24,000 nt of DNA from an uncultured Spartobacteria bacterium (GTDB lineage: Bacteria > Verrucomicrobiota > Verrucomicrobiia > Chthoniobacterales > UBA6821), in the NCBI GenBank assembly GCA_903858595.1, contig CAIOJL010000197.1, positions 1-24,000 on the forward strand, written 5' to 3'. The notes below the pieces were generated by a model. That model was given only the letters and a program-made list of their open reading frames with translations, was not told the DNA's origin and searched no databases. The position numbers and the translations under genes are program-made. This document shows positions 8,109 through 15,858 of this stretch, piece after piece; position 1 is the stretch's first letter; the number at the start of each line of letters is the position of its first letter.

Positions 8109-10697
8109 TTAGACCGCCACGATATTTACCAAGCGTCCTGGGACGACGATCACTTTCTTCACTTCCTTGCCTTCTAGGAACTCTGCGAGCGCCAGATCCG
8201 CAAATGCAGCCTTTTCGACGCTCTCCTTATCGGCTCCCGTTGGAACTGTCAGATGGCCGCGAACCTTACCATTGATCTGGACCGCGTAGGTGATCTCGTC
8301 AACGACGAGATACTCTTCATTCCATGCGGGCCATGCCGACTGAGAAGCGAGACCTCCGAATCCCGAAAACTTCGCCGAGAGGCGAGACCAGAGCTCCTCA
8401 ACCAAGTGAGGGGCGAAGGGACTCAGCAATGGCAGGAAGAGGCGGAGTGCTTCCAGGGGGCGTGGCTTCGCATTTGTGAACTCGTTCGTGAAGATCATCA
8501 TCTGCGAGATTGCCGTGTTGAAACTGAGCGACTCGATGTCCTGAGTGACCTTCTTGATCGTGGCATGCAGGACGCGGCGTTGGGTTGGGCTCAACTCCTG
8601 CTCTGCGAGATCCTCGGAGAGAAGCCAATTCCCCTCCTGATCTTCCGTCATCCCCATGCGCCAGACGCGGGCAAGGAATCGGTAGACCCCCTCGACACCG
8701 GTCATGCTCCAGGGCTTCCCATGCTCCAAGGGGCCCATGAACATCTCGTAGAGTCGGAGCGAGTCGGCTCCGTATTCGGTGATGACCGAGTCAGGGTTGA
8801 CGACATTACCACGGCTCTTCGACATCTTCTGGCCGTCATCTCCGAGGATCATCCCTTGGTTGACAAGGCGTTGGAACGGCTCCGGGGTGGTGAGTTGTCC
8901 GAGATCGAAGAGAACCTTGTGCCAGAAACGGGCATAGAGCAGGTGCAGCACGGCATGCTCGGTACCACCCACATAGAGATCGACTCCACCGGGGGCGCCT
9001 GTTCCACCCATCCAGTACTGCTCGGCTGCTTTGGCGACAAAGCGCTCAGAGTTCTTTGGATCGCAGAAACGCAGGTAGTACCAGCAGGAGCCTGCCCATT
9101 GGGGCATCGTGTTCAGTTCCCGGCGAGCGGTTTCGGAATATCGGACCCAATCGACGGCCTTTGATAGCGGAGGCTCGGCGGTTCCAGTCGGTTTGAAATC
9201 CTCCATCTCAGGGGGTTCCAAGGGAAGTTCACTAGCGTCGAGTGGACGGTGGGTGCCGTTCTCCCAAACGATAGGGAAGGGCTCTCCCCAGTAACGCTGA
9301 CGGGAAAAGAGCCAGTCGCGCAGCTTATAGGTGATAGTGCCCTTGCCGGAGCCTTGCTCTTCAAGCCAGGCGATCATCTTTTGTTTGGCTTCCGGCGTGC
9401 GCAGCCCGTCGATCTGACCTGAATTCACAACTGTACCTTGGCCACTAAAACAGACTTTTTTTCCATCTGAGCAGCCATCGGCAGCTTCATCGGGAAGGAC
9501 CACCTCACGGATGGGGAGGCCAAAGGTGACTGCGAACTCATGGTCGCGCTCGTCATGGGCAGGGACTGCCATGATGGCGCCCGTCCCATATCCGGTAAGG
9601 ACATAGTCGGCAATCCAGACGGGGATCTTCTCGTTGTTAACCGGATTGCTGGCAGATATGCCGAGAGGCACGCCCGTCTTCTCCTTCGCTAAGTCGGTCC
9701 GCTCGAGATCGCTTTTGGAGGAGCAGGCTTTCTTGTAGGCTGTGACAGCTTCTGCCTGGGCGGCGGCGGTAATCTTCTCAACGAGCGGATGCTCTGGAGC
9801 CAAGACCAGATAGGTGGCGCCAAAAAGGGTTTCGGGCCGGGTGCTGAAGACAGTGACTGTTTGCTCCAGTCCCTCAAAGCCTTCGAGGCCCTCTAGTCCG
9901 AAGTGTACTTCGGCGCCCTCACTGCGACCGATCCAGTTGCGCTGAAGCAGTTTGATCGATTCCGGCCAGTCAAGTCCGTCAAGATCCGCGATCAGACGCT
10001 CCGTGTAGGCCGTGATCCGAAGCATCCACTGACGCATCGGACGGCGCTCGACCGGAAACCCTCCGACCTCACTCTTGCCATCCACGACCTCCTCGTTGGC
10101 CAGCACGGTTCCAAGTTCGGGGCACCAGTTCACCGGTTTATCAGAAACAAAGGCCAGCCGGACGCTGTCAGGATCCTCACCCGTGTAGTTGGAGATCGGT
10201 TCCGCGCGATTCGTGGTGGGGTTCACCCAGGCATTGTAGAGCTGGAGGAATATCCACTGGGTCCATCGGAAGTACTCCGGATCCGTCGTGCTGATCTCGC
10301 GCGACCAGTCATAGCTGAAGCCGAGCGACTGGAGTTGGCTGCGGAAGTTATCGATATTCCGCTGGGTCGTGATCCGGGGATGTTGCCCCGTTTTGATCGC
10401 ATACTGCTCGGCAGGAAGACCAAAAGCATCCCATCCCATCGGATGCAGCACATTATCACCCTTCAGTCGGTGATAGCGGGCGAGAATGTCGGTGGCCGTA
10501 TACCCCTCGACATGGCCTACATGGAGACCGTCTCCGCTGGGGTAGGGAAACATATCGAGCACATAGTACTTCTTGGCATCGGCGCGGAAACTCGGATCTC
10601 CCGGATTTGCAGCACAGAAGGCTCCGGACTTCAGCCAATGCTTCTGCCAACGGGCTTCGAATTCGGGAAAGGGATAGTTCTTGCGGGTAACGGACAT
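8109..10697 (-). CDS. leuS: Leucine--tRNA ligase
   Basis: 862 aa. HIGH motif ([17 protein letters not shown]), KMSKS motif (QKMSKSRGN), editing-domain and LeuRS-specific blocks throughout. Confidence 0.97.
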
Positions 10698-10714
10698 CTG
10701 GTTCGAAGTAGGAA

Positions 10715-11377
10715 ATGTTTATGGAATCCGAAAACATCCCTTCCGCCAAGCCGAGTCAGCATGAAAAACCAGAGATTCTTCTGGCCACCCGAAACAAGCA
10801 TAAGGCCCGGGAGATCCAAACCATGCTCGGGGAGGAGGTCATCGTGACCGATGTGACCTTGCACGCACATCTGCCAGAGATCGAGGAGACAGGCATCACC
10901 TTCGAGGAGAACTCCAAGCTGAAAGCCGAGGGAATTTCCCGTCAGGTGGGAGGGATTGTGCTGGCCGACGACTCGGGTCTCGAAGTCGATGCTTTGGGGA
11001 AAGAACCTGGCGTCTACTCCGCCCGCTATGCGGGACCTGAATGCACCGACAAGGCGAATATGGCTCTGGTATTGAAGAAGATGAAGGGCTTCCCCGATGA
11101 GGTCCGTACGGCCCGGTTTCGCTGCGTTCTGGCCGTCGCGGAAAAAGGCATCACTCTTGCTGTCTTCGATGGCACCGTGGAGGGGATTCTGGCCCACGAG
11201 GTAAAGGGCGATGGAGGATTCGGCTACGACCCCATCTTCATGCCTCTGATTGATGGAGTGTATAAGCAGACCTTTGGGGAGCTCTCCTCCGAGATCAAAC
11301 ACAGCATGAGCCATCGGAGCAGAGCGCTTTTACAGTTCCGGGAGTGGTGGGTTATTAGGAGTGAGAGAGGCATTTAA
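10715..11377 (+). CDS. rdgB: RdgB/HAM1 non-canonical purine NTP pyrophosphatase
   Basis: [46 protein letters not shown] and SHRSRAL are family motifs. About 20 extra N-terminal residues; ATG 10715 or 10721. Confidence 0.9.
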
Positions 11378-11380
11378 TCT

Positions 11381-11788
11381 ATGGAATTTCCTGACACCTA
11401 TTTCAAAGTCCTGAGACTGATTGTGCATGTCGCCGATGGGATCGGCGTGGCTGTGCTTGTGGCTGGGCTAATTTTAGCCGCCTTCCTTGCTCTGCGGACA
11501 TTGAGCAGGACTGGCGACGGAGCCAAGGCCTACTCCGTGCTGCGGCGTACGCTCGGCGGTGGAATCCTGGCCGGCCTGGAGGTCTTGGTGGCCGGTGATC
11601 TGATCAGGACCGTAGCAGTCGATCCCACCATGAATAATGTGATCATTCTCGGGGTGATCGTCATGATCCGGACATTCCTCTCCTTCTCTCTGGAGATCGA
11701 GATCGAGGGAACGCTCCCATGGCATCGTGCTCTTACGCAATCGGGCGTTTCCGTGATCGCCGATGCCGTGAAGAAGTCGGGAGAGTAG
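11381..11788 (+). CDS. DUF1622-family small membrane protein
   Basis: 135 aa with three hydrophobic helices. The GILAGLEVLVAGDLIRTV and IRTFLSFSLEIE pattern matches the DUF1622 architecture as I recall it. Starts 3 nt after the rdgB stop. Confidence 0.7.
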   Translation: MEFPDTYFKVLRLIVHVADGIGVAVLVAGLILAAFLALRTLSRTGDGAKAYSVLRRTLGGGILAGLEVLVAGDLIRTVAVDPTMNNVIILGVIVMIRTFLSFSLEIEIEGTLPWHRALTQSGVSVIADAVKKSGE

Positions 11789-11826
11789 GGGACAGAAGTC
11801 CGCTCATAGAGACCCTCCAAAAACCC

Positions 11827-12324
11827 ATGCGACGTTTGATCGACTTTTGGGCTTTTGTTTCAGTTCTTGTCGTTTTTGGTGGTGGTCTTATCACCCTCCT
11901 GAGGGGGCTGGATCGGGGACGTCGTTCCCTTCTCAGCAAGAAGGCAGCACTGCTCACAGAACTCCATGATCAATTGGACAAGAATCCCGCTATTCGACAC
12001 GCCGTAGCCTATCTTAAAGAATCCGATCTTGAGAAGAAACTCGAACGCCTGCTTGCGCCCGAAGCTGCATCACTAACGGAAGCCGAGGCTGTTATCAAAG
12101 AGGACCTCGATGCGCTCTTCCAGTTGCTGAACCGCATTGCCCATGCTGTCACGATCACCAAGATACTGACTCGGGAAGAGACGGAGATTTTTAGCGGGTA
12201 TTTTCGGTTACTTCAGCACCACCCGATCCTGAGTCAGTACTTCTATAACTCCGGCTTTCTCGATCTCTGGGACTTCGCCCAGTCCTGGATGGAAAAGCTG
12301 AGTGGGGACGAGACTGAGATTTAA
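11827..12324 (+). CDS. Hypothetical protein: one N-terminal TM helix plus a helical cytoplasmic domain
   Basis: From ATG 11827: MRRLIDFWAFVSVLVVFGGGLITLL, then a helical, charged domain. The ORF-track start at 11719 overlaps the DUF1622 gene in another frame. No recognised family. Confidence 0.5.
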   Translation: MRRLIDFWAFVSVLVVFGGGLITLLRGLDRGRRSLLSKKAALLTELHDQLDKNPAIRHAVAYLKESDLEKKLERLLAPEAASLTEAEAVIKEDLDALFQLLNRIAHAVTITKILTREETEIFSGYFRLLQHHPILSQYFYNSGFLDLWDFAQSWMEKLSGDETEI

Positions 12325-12327
12325 AAA

Positions 12328-13477
12328 CTACAGGTCGTCGTCGGAGTCGTTGCTCACTCCCTTCTTCACGCCGCGCAGTTTGGCCTCAATGAATGGGTCG
12401 ATTGCTCCATCCATGACCTCCTGTGCGTTGCCTGCTTGAACGCCGGTGCGGTGGTCCTTGACCATCTGATAAGGCTGAAAGATATAGGAGCGGATTTGAC
12501 TGCCCCAGGCGATCTCACCCTTCTCGCTGTACTGGCGGTCGATTTCAGAGCGCTTCCTGTCGGCTTCAAGTTGGTAGATCTTAGCCTTGAGCAACTGGAG
12601 AGCCTGTTCACTGTTTTTTCCCTGACTCCGCTGTGCCTGACAGGCAACGACAATTCCCGTGGGGATGTGGCGAAGACGGACGGCGGTTTCCACCTTATTG
12701 ACGTTCTGTCCTCCTTTGCCACCTGAGCGGAAGGTGGAGCGTTCTATATCGGCGGGGTTGATCTCGATGGGGGCATCCTTGATCTCCGGCGTCACATCGA
12801 TGCTGGCGAAGGATGTGTGGCGGCGCTTTGCGGAGTCAAAAGGAGAAATGCGGACAAGACGGTGGACGCCGCGTTCGGCTTGGAGATAGCCGTAGGCAAA
12901 ATCTCCCGTCACTTCGAGGGTCACTGACTTGATGCCTGCTTCATCACCCTCCTGGATATCGACAACGCTGGCGGTGAAGTCACTGCGCTCGATCCAGCGC
13001 TTGTACATGCGCATGAGCATGTCAGCCCAGTCGCACGATTCGGTGCCACCAGCACCCGAGTTGATGGTGAGGTAGGCATTGCTCTTGTCGAACTCTCCGG
13101 AGAGGAGTTGCTGGAGTTCAAATCTTTCGATCTCGCCGGTCAGTGCATGGAATTCCTTGAAGACTTCGCCCGCGGCCTGAGCCTTTGCCGCGGGGTTGGG
13201 ATCCTCCATGGCCATTTCCTTGAGGATCTCAAGATCGCCGACACGCAGCTCCAACTGTCCAAGCGGGCCGAGTTTCGCCTTGATGGACGAGACCTTTTCC
13301 ATGTCCTTCTGGGCCGACTCGCGGTTATCCCAGAATCCCGGTTCCGTCATGCGGCCTTCGATGGCAGCGAGTTCGGCGGCTAATGCGGGAGCGTCAAAGA
13401 AACCTCCTGAGCGAGCCGAGTCGGTCGGCAAGCCCGGAGGCATCCAAAAGAGAGAGGTCTATTTGTTTTTCAGACAT
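12328..13477 (-). CDS. prfB: Peptide chain release factor 2, requiring a programmed +1 ribosomal frameshift
   Basis: SPF tripeptide (RISPFDS) and GGQ ([11 protein letters not shown]). The true start is ATG 13477. Frame 0 reads [27 protein letters not shown], then in-frame TGA at 13396..13394. The +1 frame continues [24 protein letters not shown] into the 12328..13443 ORF of the track. Confidence 0.95.
13393..13408 (-). promoter_or_regulatory. prfB: RF2 autoregulatory +1 frameshift site: SD-like AGGAGG, then TTT CTT TGA C
   Basis: Minus-strand sequence AGGAGG(13408..13403) TT T CTT(13399..13397) TGA(13396..13394) C(13393). It has the same architecture as the E. coli prfB site (AGGGGG TAT CTT TGA C). 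Confidence 0.9.
13400..13446. repeat. 47-bp perfect direct repeat, copy 1 (inside the prfB leader)
   Basis: AAACCTCCTGAGCGAGCCGAGTCGGTCGGCAAGCCCGGAGGCATCCA is identical, base for base, to 13699..13745. The flanking bases differ on both sides. Confidence 0.95.
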
Positions 13478-13611
13478 GGAATCAGAAGAATTTAAGGCAA
13501 GATCAGGGAAACTGCGAAAGGAAAAGGCGCGCAGGGGCGAGGCTTAGTCATTCTAGGCTTTGGCCTAGAAGTCCGAGGAGCAGCAAACCTCCTGCCGGGA
13601 GGCGGAGGTTA

Positions 13612-13779
13612 TCATGCCAAAGGCAGCCCGAAGGTCGAGCTTCGCGGGAGCGAACGAGGACAAATCCGAGGATGTCTGATCCGGAAGGATCGGCAGACAA
13701 ACCTCCTGAGCGAGCCGAGTCGGTCGGCAAGCCCGGAGGCATCCAGGGTGGTTAGGTCGATCTGAGATTCGGAAGACAT
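13612..13779 (-). pseudogene. Duplicated, decayed 5' fragment of prfB (leader copy without the frameshift site), or a 55-codon upstream ORF
   Basis: The minus strand from ATG 13779 reads [32 protein letters not shown]...LA*, with the stop at 13614..13612. The first 27 codons parallel the real leader [26 protein letters not shown]. At the shift-site position it has GTC TGC C instead of CTT TGA C. Its +1 frame retains only faint RF2-like residues (..LWHDN.. versus ..FWDN..). Confidence 0.5.
13699..13745. repeat. 47-bp perfect direct repeat, copy 2 (299 bp upstream of copy 1 in prfB sense)
   Basis: Identical to 13400..13446. It is embedded in a second ATG-initiated leader-like frame. Confidence 0.95.
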
Positions 13780-13824
13780 TCGTAATGAAGGATGAAACCT
13801 GAAAAAGAATAAAGGGAGCGGGTA

Positions 13825-13985
13825 ATACCAATCACCATCAGAAATGACACTCTACGGCTGGTTCTTTTGGCGTGTGGCAGTGTCGTCATCGCTCTGGTTA
13901 CCTGAAGCTAGCCAACACTCTTCCTCCGTGCCACCCACCAAAACCCCTTCGCCGCTAAAGTACCATTTCTTCCTGTGATTGGTAT
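13825..13985 (-). ncRNA. Candidate structured RNA of unknown class (161-nt rod-like imperfect hairpin)
   Basis: Nested helices:
- 13825-13835 / 13975-13985: 11 bp, perfect
- 13840-13846 / 13964-13970: 7 bp
- 13847-13854 / 13956-13963: 8 bp, including 3 G-U pairs that exist only on the minus strand
- 13855-13858 / 13951-13954: 4 bp
- 13865-13870 / 13938-13943: 6 bp
- 13871-13879 / 13929-13937: 9 positions with 1 mismatch and 1 minus-only G-U

On the RNA, a 10-nt asymmetric loop reads CGGAGGAAGA. There is no credible ORF. Confidence 0.35.
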
Positions 13986-14090
13986 AAGGATCGATTCGAA
14001 GTAAAAAATCCTCCGAGGGAAAAAATTATCGAGCTTAGCGTCTATCCGCTTTAACTTCCTTCAGGTCTCAATTTTCAAGTTTCATCCCTC

Positions 14091-14116
14091 GAAGGGACCT
14101 GCTTTGCAGCCCCTTC
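14091..14116 (-). terminator. Hairpin immediately after the ftsB-like stop codon (possible terminator or stability element, no U-tract)
   Basis: Minus strand: GAAGGG-g-CTGC-aaa-GCAG-gt-CCCTTC. That is 6 + 4 bp, starting 1 nt after the stop. CCCTTC can alternatively pair with the downstream GAGGG. Confidence 0.3.
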
Positions 14117-14470
14117 TCAGGAGCGCGGTTTGGAGCTGCTCAGGCGGAAGATCGTCTCGCCATCTTTCATGAGATCCAGGCGATCGCGCGCAATCAACTC
14201 GAGATACTCTTTATCGGTCTCGAGGAGATGAACCTCCTGCTCATGCTGAGAAGTTGATTTTTTCAGCTCTTCGAGTCGCGTCGTCTGGAGGGCGAGATCA
14301 TGTTTCATAGCGGAGAGACGAGTCCACTCGGGGTAGAAAGTGAATCCAGCAATCAGCAGAGCACAGACAACAATCAAAGCAAAGACGACCCGCATCGCTG
14401 TCGGAAGGAATTCCGACTGCGATCGGCGGCGCGAATTTGAATTCGTTTGGATGAAGTGACTGCTCTGCAT
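14117..14470 (-). CDS. Septum formation initiator family protein (FtsB/DivIC-like)
   Basis: 117 aa with a basic N-terminus, one TM helix (VVFALIVVCALLIAGFTFY), a coiled coil, and the conserved tail YLELIARDRLDLMKDGETIFRL. It sits directly downstream of eno, a recurrent arrangement in bacteria. Confidence 0.7.
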   Translation of the reverse strand: MQSSHFIQTNSNSRRRSQSEFLPTAMRVVFALIVVCALLIAGFTFYPEWTRLSAMKHDLALQTTRLEELKKSTSQHEQEVHLLETDKEYLELIARDRLDLMKDGETIFRLSSSKPRS

Positions 14471-14480
14471 GATCGATTTA

Positions 14481-15779
<1,299 letters not shown>

Positions 15780-15858
15780 CTATTGGGTTATTGGGCTTTT
15801 AGACTTTTGGCAATTTGGATGCAGAAATCGTGGAAAATCAAACGAGCAACTGTAGTTA

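Noticed and set aside
8253-10847. Long plus-strand ORFs (8253..9164, 303 aa; 9903..10847, 314 aa) opposite leuS. Similar antisense ORFs are 156..680, 6058..6726, 10631..11314, 14658..15446, and several opposite the GreA-like gene and dnaE.
   Set aside because: They lie antisense to genes with unmistakable family motifs. Their translations are Arg/Gly/Pro-rich and low-complexity with no motifs. Long shadow ORFs like these are expected in GC-rich coding sequence.
13548-13831. Minus-strand ORFs 13548..13742 (64 aa, starting [14 protein letters not shown]) and 13565..13831 (88 aa) in the prfB upstream gap.
   Set aside because: The first is simply the +1-frame reading of the duplicated prfB leader; the real prfB ORF-track entry has the same artefactual N-terminus. 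The second crosses the structured region with an implausible composition. Neither looks like a real protein.
13825-13985. Assigning the rod-like RNA to 6S RNA or SRP RNA. A GAUGACG heptamer matches the E. coli 4.5S RNA as I recall it.
   Set aside because: There is no large two-sided central bubble as in 6S. There is no GNRA tetraloop plus AGCAG/symmetric-loop domain IV as in SRP RNA. A single 7-mer match is easily chance. I left the class as unknown.
13993-14000. TTCGAATC (minus strand), resembling a tRNA/tmRNA T-loop.
   Set aside because: The flanking bases do not form a T-stem, and no acceptor stem or other tRNA-like arms are present.
13790-14087. Inverted repeat GGATGAAAC-CTGAA (13790..13803) versus TTCAGG...GTTTCATCC (14060..14065 and 14079..14087), bracketing the rod element. 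This might be the TIRs of a ~300-bp MITE, a size similar to the 299-bp repeat spacing.
   Set aside because: The arms are short (9 + 6 bp), interrupted by a 13-nt insertion, and roughly within chance expectation for this region. There is no target-site duplication. I noted it only as a possible outer helix.
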